A program made the translations under genes and the position numbers. A stretch of DNA of 45,416 bases, counting the filler, from Jimgerdemannia flammicorona (lineage: Eukaryota): NCBI GenBank assembly GCA_003990765.1. It is 2 parts of 2 records of this genome, joined end to end, with 100 filler letters (N's around TTAATTAATTAA, not from the genome) between each part and the next. Parts side by side here need not be neighbours in the genome. Positions count along the whole stretch, not along the records: positions 1 to 22,659 come from RBNJ01001232.1; 1 more part is not named here. One strand, 5' to 3'. Positions 1-11,189 of the stretch are shown here, in pieces; the first letter of the stretch is position 1; the number at the start of each line of letters is the position of its first letter. Under the pieces are notes generated by a model. The model ran no database searches. It was not told where the DNA came from and worked only from the letters and a program-made list of their open reading frames with translations.

Positions 1-823
1 AAAAAAAAAAAAAAAAAAAAAAAACGCATCCTCGCCCACCCTGTGATACCCGATTCTCAAAACCAATACCTCAATTCGAATGCCACTCTGAGCTAAGGGC
101 GTAAAACTACATGAGTGCTGAGACTCCGCAGGGGTGGGAGTGCCATGGCTCGGCCATTTTGGCCGGAGGTGGCTGACTCAATTTCATGGCTTGGCCAAGT
201 GGCTGTTCCAAATTCATAGAAACCTATACTACCAGAAAGCCCTTGATCATGCGAATCCAGCAATCTTAGATTTTGTCTAAGCCACGTGTCAACCCAAAAG
301 CGACCTTTACCATTGTTTTGATTTCTAAATTTATAGCATTCAATTAGTTAGGCTCAGCCACTTGACCAGCCAGGGTTCGAGGCCAGGCTCAGCCATCTGG
401 AATACGTAACCCTGTAGCATGTCAACTGGTCATTACAAATGAACATCATCCATATTAAGAATGCATGAGTGGAAATTTTGGCCCGGTCATGCCGAGTGGA
501 CCGGAAACACGGGTACATATCTCCACGCGAATGGAAGTGGCGAATCACTCCCCTTAATAAAAGAAATGCAGGTGCACACGTCCCTTTGTTTTTTCAGCCC
601 AACGCGCGTGCACACCGTGACACCCTTCCAGCTAGTCGTGGGAACCAACAAGACCAAAGAGGTAGCAGGGCAATTTTGATCGCTCATGTTGTCTGAGTGA
701 CTCATCCGTCAATCAATACGAGCAGGTGGACAGATATGAAGTACATTTGCTTATTGCACCATCGCTTACACTAAACCCCTGTCCCGCTTTTTGCGCATGT
801 TATGTTTTATATCAATTTATATG

Positions 824-1594
824 CTACACGAATGTTTCATCCTTGGTAGCTACCTTACTGTACCCAGCTCTGTACCGCAAATCTTCAAATAATGGAATAT
901 TGTTCGCTCTCCCAATCGCAACCAACCCACTCACCAGCATGCCGCTTTTCTTTTTCAACACTCACCGCACCGCGAACTGCATCCCTGATATGGCATGGTA
1001 TGCCGCCAACCCGACGAGTCCAACGAGTAACCCGTACACCACGAGTGGAAGAGCAAGAGAGATGTAAGAAAAGTCGAGGAAGGCTGAGTCTCCGAATGAC
1101 GGCGTGGATGGAAGCAGGAAATAACGAAGTGGGTGGCGACGATGGAAACGAGGAGAAATCCCGAAAAGGAGTGGTAGTGGAGGAAGGTTGTGGTTGTAAT
1201 AGGGGTTGGGGCGGAAGTTGAGGTTTCGACTATGGTAATTTTTCATTACTGGTTTCCTGCGAATCCCTTGATCCCCCGCCTTGGAAATCTCGCCGAGGAA
1301 GTGAACGGTGAGGGCGCCGTAGACAGTCCTGTTGGTAGAGGTGGCGACCAAAAAGATAGCGGTTCGCGAAGTCGACACTGCCGAGGTTGGCGACGGAGAT
1401 CTGGAGAGCATAAGTGAAGGCTAATTGTATATTCCGCTGTTAAGAGTCGTCACGGGATCACGAAAACAGTCACATGAGGATACACGTGACCTATGACAAT
1501 AAGTGGAAATGACCGCAGGAATGTCTTGGGCGCCGGGTATAAGGCGTTTTATGCGCGCTTGCTTTAACGCCAATGTCAAAGACGTAAGGCGCAT
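824..1594 (-). pseudogene. MCP1-like (Mdm10-complementing, DUF1691) mitochondrial membrane protein, frameshifted
   Basis: Stitched translation: ..AQDIPAVISTYCH[GT..AG intron 1490-1421]SLHLCSP /fs/ VANLGSVDFANRYLFGRHLYQQ /fs/ VYGALTVHFLGEISK..LDFSYISLALPLVVYGLLVGLVGLAAYHAISGM..*(962-964)..SGLVAIGRANNIPLFEDLRYRAGYSKV..*. The motif order matches fungal MCP1 as I recall it (HLSxP, ANLG, GRxxYQ, LxVH, LDxxY, YHxxxG). It needs two frameshifts and has one in-frame stop. Confidence 0.65.
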
Positions 1595-2099
1595 GTATTT
1601 CACGATTTAATTCGAATGTATATATACTTCCTTTTATGGCATTAGCGCATTTGCTCCCCTTTTCCAATTGTAACCGCAATATATTATCGTTTGCACTTCA
1701 CACCACGCGTATCGCGCTCTCCCGTAAGCCATGAATAATTCGACAGACCTTGGCAATCTACATGATTTATATATATACGTGCGTCGGTGGGTCGGTGGAG
1801 TCCGAGAAAGAGCAGTTTGGGTCACATAAAAGTTTGCATGTATATATCGCAATAAATGCTTTCCGAAATGTCCAAACTACGCTACGATAACCGAAAACCC
1901 ATCATAAGTGTGCGGTAAAAGTTTAGTCAAGTATATGTGTATTTGGGTAGAAAAGAGATTCACGGAGAAACCATCCCCGTGGATTGTAAATGTATATGTA
2001 GTGGGGGCGGGTGGTAATGAATGTCCACCTACCACTTCGCACGAAGTCTCCTATCGCTTGGCATGGGCTCCACTCGCCTCGCACAACCAGAAATATCCA

Positions 2100-2640
2100 A
2101 AGCCCACCGTCTTCACCTCAGTGACTCGGTACCGGCAATTACACCACCTCAACCTCCTGGTCCCCAGATCCTTCACGCTCATATCTGTCAGTTCGGTGAA
2201 CCGTAACTCGTTGACTATCCTGTCTGGTTCCCTGCCGAAAAATTCACCAATACCAACTTTATTGATGAAGGTGGGTTTACAAGGTAACTGCCCCTGCTGA
2301 AGTAAGCCCGAAATGCATTTCGCATTCAAAAGGTTGAGGCAAAGAATGGGATTTACTGCTCTCACAGCTTGTCACGAGGATGACACCACGAGATAACGCG
2401 TCCGTCGCCGTCGCGATCGATTGCGTGAAAGCATGATCCCCGACGCGCTAGCAGAGTTTGAGGCGATACTAAGGGAGTACTGGTGTAAAGATCCTGCGCA
2501 GCGGCCATACATGTGGCAGATTTATCATCAATCGGCATGTTGTCGTAGTTCCTTAAACACCTCGGCAATTCCGTCTTCGACGCAGGAATTCAGAAGGAGC
2601 AGGCGTCTGACCAAGCGATGCCCAGTCATTCGGAGAATGT
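2100..2640 (+). pseudogene. TKL-type protein kinase relic, copy A (large internal deletion)
   Basis: VWFPAEKFTNTNFIDEGGFTR* (Gly loop, ~2222-2287) and MHFAFKRL (subdomain II, ~2313). These are followed almost directly by LRESMIPDALAEFEAILREYWCKDPAQRPYMWQIY (subdomains X-XI, 2421-2525). Boundaries approximate. Confidence 0.75.
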
Positions 2641-3624
2641 AGCGTCACAACCTATAAATAATGAAGCTGGTCGCGGCGCACTGCTTAAATTATCTTCCAA
2701 CTGAATTGTACAAACTAGCTAACCAATTATGAAAACGCCAACATGGCAACAAAATATAATTGTAGCAAGTATGTAGGATTTGACAGTGATCGAAGCTCTC
2801 TATCAGAATGGGGTTGCTGATTCCCTTATCAGGGTGCATTTTTAATAATGACCTGGCCCCCGCTCCGCTCAGACAGTACAAACCCGACGCTTTCGTTCCA
2901 TAACGGAATCAATTAAAAAAACTAGACGCCCACTTGTTCAATATCAATACTGTGTTTGCGATAGGACGTGTACGGAGGAAAATGTCAAAATTGTCACGTT
3001 TATGATAGGTTCAATAAAAAATTAATTTACGCAGCAGCGTGCTGCCAAATTCCTATGCTTCGTTTTCTTGTATGTAGACATGTTGCTCGCACACATAAAG
3101 TGAGGGAGATGTTTGGCGCAAAAAAAAAAAAAAGGGAGAAAAATGGAGACATAGAAATTCTGACACAAATCCTTTCGATTATTGCACAATTGGAAACGAA
3201 AATGATTTGTTCTCATTAAAACCGCGTGTATTATGCGTCTAGATCCTGTCTGTGGTTTCGGCTCCTCCACAATGTTGCAAAACGCGGTTCATCTTGAGGA
3301 CTCTTTGAATGGGAGCCTCCTAGTTGACCTAGCCGACACTATTATATATCGATCCCGTAGTTTTAATCGTTCAGTACTTCGCGCTATCACCTTTCACACT
3401 GTCCGCAAAATGAATTACGTAAATATGTAACCTGCTTAGTGTTTGTTATGCATGACGGAAATGGCATATTCTGTTATGCATTCGATTTCTCGCGCACAAC
3501 GCTTTATTTGGTCTGTCTGTTTGTTCGGAGAGCCAACAATAGCCGATTGGACTTTAGGATCATTCCGGGATATCACATGCGGGTTTATTATACAATTAAA
3601 AAAAAAAAAAAAAAAAAGGATTAG

Positions 3625-4690
3625 CGGGCAGTCGATCCTAAATGTGGTTCATGCGTCTCAACCCTATCCTCCGAATGACGTCTGACCAGACGTCAGTTCC
3701 TCAATGAGCGAACGAAATGGGGATGGCCACCCCTGGCGCGTCGGGTCACGCAATCGATCGGGGTTCCTCAAGACCCCCGTGACGCAGCAGATATCAGACG
3801 CAGATGTCTGTGTCCCATAAAATGCTGTAGAACGACTGGTGTCATCGAAGGATAGGGAGATTCCGACGTCGATCAGAGCGGGCTTGTCTTGGTGAACGTA
3901 CATCACATTGCCAGGGTGGAGGTTGTTGGGATTTTTACTAGTGGATTACTGGAGAGAGCTCATCTTACGCGTTGCAAATTGATGACGTAATGATGATGTC
4001 ACCGTTGATGACGTATACATCAGTACAAGCCACAAACAAATTGCTCGTTACTCGAGTTGCATATTTCAAAGAGGTGGAGCTCAAGACGTGTTGCGCGAGG
4101 AGTGTGGACTGTGCGCCATCTGAAACCAGTCGGTTTTTTGAAGCGCAGGAAGATTCTCGAGAGTGCCGTGGTGTGCAAAGGTAAAAACCATTATGTAAGT
4201 GTGGGCTGTAGGATGTTGAGAAAGCTGACGAGAGGACAGTCGGGGGAACTTTGGCCATTGGCCGTCAGGTAGGTGTTGAAGGCAAGGGTCAACTATTCAT
4301 AAGCTAAACTGTAGCAAGTGTCGACGAAACACGTACCTCGAGTTCCATTTCTTGTTTCGACTCTTTGAATGCGAAATGCATCTCTCACTCGCTCTGGTCA
4401 GTGGTGACAGTTCCTTTGTGAATCCGCCTTCACCAATAAGTGAATATTGGTGAATTTTCCGGTGGGGAACCAGAAAAGATAGTCAACAAGTTGCGGTACA
4501 TAAGCGAGAAGTTTTTGGCGCGGTTCAGGGATCTGGAAGTTGAGGCAGTAAATAATTGCCGCCATCGAGTCACTAAGGTTGTCGAACGGGGTGAGTCGTG
4601 CGAGTACTATGGGTTTCCAAAACTGAGGTCCTCTTGCCTCCTTTAACGATCCAAATTTGATATAGTGACACCACACAAATACCATTCTTA
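3625..4690 (-). pseudogene. TKL-type protein kinase relic, copy B
   Basis: Motifs in order on the minus strand: FWFPTGKFTNIH/fs/IGEGGFTK (~4475-4413), MHFAFKESKQEMELE then a GTACGT donor (~4381-4331), YIMVFTFAHHGTLEN (subdomain V), NNLHPGNVMYVHQDKPALIDVG (VIb/VII, ~3929-3860), SASDIC (IX), ELTSGQTSF. Frameshifts and stops are present. Confidence 0.8.
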
Positions 4691-5238
4691 TTGACCTACT
4701 ATTCGAACGTCGAATATGACGACAAATTTGAACGACGTTCTATAGGATATGCAGATACAGAACAAGACTACACTAAGGGAGTAAACTATAAGATATACAG
4801 AACCAATGATCTCAATGTTGCACCAGTCGTGTTGCAAGGTCGTGAGTTGGACGTGGTCGCGAGATCGCGAGCAGGACGTGGTGATTTCGTGTCGCAACTA
4901 GAGATCATACCAGTATTTATTCAAAGGTATACTATTATTGATGAATTGAGGCAAGGGATCACAGTTTTGGAACCCCATAGTAAAGAAAGCAAGACGGTGA
5001 AATAAAGTTTTAATTACTGGAAGTATTTCGTGTTACACTCATTTAGCATGTGGATTTAAATTCCGGTCCACGTTTGTCTAGTTCAAGCCAGTTAACGTTC
5101 TCGCTCGTCCTGTTCACGTTAGTTCGTTCATCCAGTTCACATCCAGTCCACGTTCATGAACTCTCTGTCAATTTCCTCATTTCACTTCATATGTACTTTG
5201 TAAGTATTTAAATACCATAATAGATAAGGTAGTGTGTA

Positions 5239-5303
<65 letters not shown>

Positions 5304-5793
5304 CGTTCCCAATCTTCACCATTCAGTATGGTCATGTTTCGGCATGGAGCAGGAAAGGACTACACAAAATATCTGCCAACACCTTCATAAGTCGGGTATA
5401 GGACAATACGCGATTGGATTATCGCAGCATCACCTTATTGGTGTTATGCCTAGAGGAAGGCGCTCCTACGTCCCATACATTTGGTGGCAGTTCACAGCAT
5501 GACTCAGTTAAACATGACCAATGGGTGTTGGTTTCCCATCTTTAATGTTCAGATATCTGCAGCCACCGCGAAGCATCAATTCGCTTACTTGCATATTAAG
5601 CAGTCGGATAAACACGGCAAACACCGCAAGGCCGATAAGCACGGTACATGTGACAAGTGGCCAGTGGCTTTAGCGTAGAAGGATATCGTCAAGGAGAACG
5701 AGAATGTGGGTGTGCATAATGTGAACTCATGATTTTGTTTGCCTTCCATTCGTTTATATCCTGCTTCGGGTATGAAATCACATGATCGGACTA

Positions 5794-5901
5794 ATCGTGA
5801 TATTTAAGCCACCTGATTTTTACAGTTCTAAGTGTTTGCCAAAATTGGAGCTAACCAAAGCACTTAGAACTGTAAAAATCAGGTGGCTTAAATATCACGA
5901 T
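5794..5901. repeat. Perfect 41-bp inverted repeat with a 26-nt loop
   Basis: ATCGTGATATTTAAGCCACCTGATTTTTACAGTTCTAAGTG (5794-5834) is the exact reverse complement of 5861-5901. Confidence 0.95.
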
Positions 5902-6451
5902 GTATAAATTGATTTAATAAAGGGACTTAAGGCTAACAAAATGTTTTAGAGCCTGAATAGCGACCAATTAATTGGATACCTCGTTTCTGGCGAATGCACG
6001 CGTATTCCAATGTTCGAATTTTCAAATCTCACTAAGTTTTATTATCAATGAATATTTACCTATTTATACAGCCTTTTTTCCATCGCTCTAACTAATACTA
6101 TGGCGCTACGTAAGTCGTCAAACCTCAGCGTTCAAGCGTTCAATATCATTGTTCCACAACGTTCGATTAGGACGCGTCAATTTCAAACACGCGGCCGAAA
6201 AGCCGGTTTGACGTGACCTATGCTATAGGCAACCTCATGGTTGTCGCATCTTCATTTGCTCCTATTTCTAAAGGGTTGTTATAACAATTAAGGGAGAAGG
6301 CGGAACTTATAGAATGACAAGTCCACAATCCTCGAAGCCGTCGACTACCCTTGAAAAGACCCATGTCAAGGTTTCACAGCCAAAAAAATCTTTACATAAA
6401 CAAACATTACCTCTGAAACAACGCCTCCCTCTAACCCAGCCTACTCACAAC

Positions 6452-6982
6452 ATGGGTAATAAATTCTCTCGTCGTCGGTCCCACGCACCTCCTGAAGATG
6501 AGGCGCCCCGTCTTAGCCCTATGATGGAGACGTACGGTGTGTTCATAGTGCGCTTCATCCAGATAATCCACGACGGCATCCTGGTGAAGAACCGAAGACG
6601 CTGGAGAAGACGCTGGAGAAGCTTCGTGGTCCTGGACTTGCGGTTCCCGAATTCAGAACCGGAGAGGCTAGTGGCGGCCACGGCAAAGGGCCCTGCGGAC
6701 AGTCAGAATCGAAGGGAGCTACTGAAGATGCTCAAATCCGCGGAGCGTAGAGCCTGCGACCGCATGAACTGGGTAACCTTCTGGGATTTCGTCGAGGAGC
6801 GCTTTGACCAGACGGAGGAGGAGTTCGGAAAATTCAAAGTGGATCTCGTGACAAGGGTAAACAGGGGCCAGCTCAGTGTGGAACACATCATTACAAAAGC
6901 GAATCCCTCTGTGTACTGGCCTTCGAGAGACCCCGACATGCGCTTGATTCGCCTTCAGCTTCAGTTTCACGAATTCGAATAG
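6452..6982 (+). CDS. Orphan hypothetical protein, 176 aa, N-terminal MGNKFS (myristoylation-type)
   Basis: Longest ORF in the unique region (frame open from 6314). ACAACATGG start context at 6452, GC-rich third positions, AT-rich flanks. No family recognised. Confidence 0.6.
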   Translation: MGNKFSRRRSHAPPEDEAPRLSPMMETYGVFIVRFIQIIHDGILVKNRRRWRRRWRSFVVLDLRFPNSEPERLVAATAKGPADSQNRRELLKMLKSAERRACDRMNWVTFWDFVEERFDQTEEEFGKFKVDLVTRVNRGQLSVEHIITKANPSVYWPSRDPDMRLIRLQLQFHEFE

Positions 6983-8707
6983 ACATAGACATTTTTTATT
7001 ATGTGTACTATTGTTCCTAGTATTACGATCAGCTCTTTGTATTGTAAAAAAAAAAAAAAAAAAAAAAAACACGCCGATCGTATCTATTTTTGGAATGATA
7101 ACATTGGACACGATTCTGTCAATCTCCACTGATTGCTTTGTTGTATTCTATACGTACTGAGTTTAAATATATACCATAATAATATGTTGTGACAATGGCC
7201 AACATTACCTGTTTGCGCATTAAATAGCCCTGTTTCATTGTTGCTTTTAAGCAGGAAAATTTCCACAAGGCATCGCACGGCTAATTCTGTGAGTATTAAA
7301 TGCTGCCACGCAAACGGAAGCCATCATCCAGCGGAACCCTTGTTCAAAACGTTGTCGCGCATGAAACCAGGTGCATCAACGTTTTGGCGCTCCGCTCGCA
7401 AAAGCGGACTATCGCAGGCGTCCCCGTCACCGCAAAATGGTATTTATTGGTCAAAGAACAAATTACAAATACAGGAAAAGAAACTTCATACTGTCGAATC
7501 GATGAAAGATAGATGATGCACATGGTTATTTAAACATTCCTGTTTTGGACTCGCGTGTTTGTGAAACGTTATGGAGCTTAAGGGTAATCGCCAGTTTTAT
7601 TAGCTTACGAAACACTCCTGATTTCAGGATCAAAATAAACATCAATATGCTAGTGCCAAAATTAGTGCCTCACAATCACGACTAGCCAGTCGTCGCGGCT
7701 TCATCTCATCGAATTGGCCAAATTCTCACTTAAGAGACGCGTCAGGATAATGAGCGACCTCGAGATCACGTACCAATGCGAATGGAGGTTTTGGTGTCAA
7801 CTTGGGATAGTCAGGTTTGAAACTGCAAAAGTTCATAAAAGGAAGTGGTGCGGTACATTGCACATGTTTACTGTAAAAGCAGTGTGCTATGGGTCGTCCA
7901 CATGCAAACTTCCTAGCCAATAAAAAAGTTCGATAATGTAGAAATTCTGCGCTGCACGATCCGCCCTGCATGCCTGCACATGTGCTGATTTTTCTTGCAA
8001 GATAAGGTTGGGGTGGCATGACGATTCTCAATTTTGGCCGGTATTTTGTTTTCGTTCTCGCATTCATTTTTAATACCTCCCCCATCACAGTGTATATACA
8101 TACAAATGATGAGGTACTACTGAACGACTACAAATATAACCGATTGCGGCATCTAATCGAAATTTTATTATCATAGGCAACTTCGGGGTTGAGTTAGATG
8201 CTCTGCGATACGAAAACCGGTTGCAGACAAAGCGATAAGTTTAAAGAACACCACCGCCACATGTATTACAGGCAGGACCGTGTATTGAATGTGGTCTATA
8301 TGGAAGTGGAAAAAGAATAATAATTAAAGTTAATTGTCATCCTTCGAATAATAATCGTCTCGCTGTTAATCATCATTATCCGACCCAATCCAAATACAAT
8401 GCGAACCAAACTCGACCCGGCTGCAAACTGGGTTTTATGCAAAATATTCCTGAATAGCCAACTAGACCATCCAATCACAGAAAAATTCTAGAAAACACAA
8501 ACACAGTAAAATATCGTTAAATGCATAGCAATTACCCTACCACAGTGAAGCGTTCCTCTGAAAAGGACAAAGAAAACAACGGGGTGTACTTATGGAGCAT
8601 TTCCGGCAGGCCTATAATGTGGTCGTTCGGCGGGTTCTTTGGAATCTCGGCGATAGAGGAAATCTTGGTTCGACGTTGCAGTAAGGTCTATAGGGGTCGG
8701 CATCGGG

Positions 8708-8760
8708 AGAGGGAACCTCGGCGGTGGAGGGAACCTCGGCGGTGGAGGAAATCTCGGCGG
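8708..8760. repeat. 18-bp tandem repeat x3
   Basis: GAGGGAACCTCGGCGGTG units; the third copy is diverged. Confidence 0.85.
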
Positions 8761-9140
8761 ACGGATTGCGGATGGATTTTGGTGGTACATCCCTGCAGTA
8801 GCGTTTATATAAGGTGGTCATAGGGTGCGATGGGAAACTCGGAAATGGAAACTCGGCAGAAGGGAATCTCGGCTGCCTGGAAAAACAAAACCCGTGAGTT
8901 TGTGTACTCCGAACCCTTGCCGTGCATTCTCATTCTGGAAGTTTTCTTGTACGTTATCTTTCCAGCGCTGACGATTTGATGTCCTTGATACGTTAGCTAC
9001 TGACAATTGCTAATTGCACTTACGTCACTCGGTTACCACCGCCCCATTATTCACGACCTCCACGACCTCAAAACACGTTATTACGTTGGATGAGTGGATC
9101 AACATTGCTGTTGGTTTTCTCACAATTTAATAAAACCTAG

Positions 9141-9322
9141 TGTTGAAATTCTCATTATTATGCATCTCGATAATGTGGCTTAGACACGTGATTCTTAGAG
9201 CTACGTCATCCTTGAGCTACGTCATCCTTGAGCTACGTCACTCGATGCGTAAAAATGCAAGCAATCAATAAACAATGCTGTTGCTCTTCTCCCCACTCCA
9301 TATTCCCAACATATTCACAATA
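9141..9322 (+). repeat. Copia 5' LTR
   Basis: TGTTG...CAATA (read as CAACA with a C>T change). Contains AATAAA and a 16-bp unit GAGCTACGTCATCCTT x2.7 (9198-9240). Directly followed by the PBS. Confidence 0.75.
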
Positions 9323-9324
9323 AA

Positions 9325-9336
9325 GGTTATGAGCCC
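9325..9336 (+). promoter_or_regulatory. Primer binding site, copia/Ty5 half-tRNAiMet type
   Basis: GGTTATGAGCCC, 2 nt after the LTR end. Confidence 0.85.
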
Positions 9337-11189
9337 CACTTAGTAGCTAAAGAAACACCTCTCTAAGACTGTACACTACTCTACACCAAGATATTGCAAA
9401 TAACAAATTAAGAAGTTAGTATAAGTATGCTAAATACAGCAGATGCAGATACCCCTAAAATAGGTATGATGATGGTCATAGTCTCCATGGTAAGCATAAA
9501 CATAGCTAAGAGGTCAATTCCAATCTTTGGCAGCAAGGATTACACCATTTGGGCATTCTATATAAGTAATCTTCTAAAAGAATATAGTTTAGTAAAGTAT
9601 ACAAAACTATAAATATAGATTTAAGATTATAATATTATAAACAATTACTAAATATTATACAAGATCATATTCATGTTGTCAAATTTGCAAATAAAGTATA
9701 TAATGCATATAATAATTGCTCACAAAGTATAGGAGACTCTATATAATTATTATATATATATATTTATATTAAATTAGTTTTATCTAAAATTTCAACTATT
9801 TAATTTATAAATTAAGTCTAAGAGAGTATCTACAAATATGCTGATCATATTGATAATCTGATGAATTAAGTAAATTCTCTAAGTATGTCAGTAGAGTATA
9901 TAGGTAATGAAGATAAAGTTTTAATCTTTATATATAAGAAAATTTTCTGAGATATATAATATCATAGTAGTAGCTATATACAAGAGTAAAAAACTTAGAG
10001 AGTATACCTATATGATAACAAGTCTTATAAATGAGAAGATATATTAAGAAAACAGTAATAATAATAATAATAAAGTATTCTATAGATTATATGGATGTGA
10101 TAAGAAGTATTAATAAGATTAAAAATACAAATCTAAGTTTAATAGAAACTGCTATTACTATAGTAAGTATAGATATATATAGAATGACTACTATTATAAG
10201 AATAAGGAGAATGATGAAAATAAGTATAGAGGTCAGTATTAATAATATAAGAGTAAAGAATTGAGAGAATGATAAAGAGCAATATAATATAAATATTACT
10301 AAAACTAATAATAACTAGAATAGAGGCAAATTTTTTATAAGTAATATATATTGAATATCTAAAGAAGATATCTATATCTATGCCTAAGCTATATATTTTT
10401 AAGCTAGTGAAAAATAATAATATCAATATAAGTAAAGTATATATCAATATAGCTGATAATATATAACAATATATAGCTTATAGATTTAGATTCTATATAA
10501 TATATATATAATAACTAATTGAGAATAGTTGTCTATATATAAGTTCTTTAAGTATCTAGTATCAATTAAGTTAGATAATTATTATATTATATATATATAT
10601 TTAAAGAAGAGAAAATATCAGAATATATCTCTATAAAAATATTATAAAGCCTACTGATACTTTTCAGAATATATTATATACTCTAAAGATAAGAAAGAAC
10701 CTCTTCTCAATTGAAAAAATAATAATCTATAGTAATAAAAAAATATATATATATCTAAAGAGAACAACTATATATAGTTTAAAAAATAATAAGAAGATTA
10801 TAATAGTATTGAAATGAGATAATCTTTATATGATTAATAGTATACTAAAGAGTATAAAAGTCTCTGTATATATGACAACTATATCTAATGTATTTAATAC
10901 ATAATATTAATAATTAGAATATATAGACAAATTAAGTCTAAAAAGAATAATCAGAAATAATTTAGTGAGTAGATTACTGATATATATATATTTGATAATA
11001 ACTTCTATAAGAACTATATAGCAAATAAAGTATTCCAACAACTATTTCAGAAATAGATAAAATATATATCTGATATACTTGATTTAATCTATATAGATAT
11101 ATATATATAGTTTGATATATACTACTTCTTATGATAGAAAGAGATATTTCATTATATTTATCAACAATTATATATATAAAGTATATACT

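Noticed and set aside
100..720. Possible gene fragment (ORFs 461-679 and neighbours)
   Set aside because: Coding-like composition, but no recognisable motif or consistent frame.
5242..5303. T62 tract and other A/T runs in 1-7.1 kb as retrocopy tails
   Set aside because: No adjacent LINE terminus or TSD found; homopolymers are frequent throughout the window.
1..9140. Helitron or Starship cargo as the source of the pseudogene cluster
   Set aside because: CTAG at 9137-9140 has no GC-rich hairpin upstream, and no RepHel or tyrosine recombinase captain is visible.
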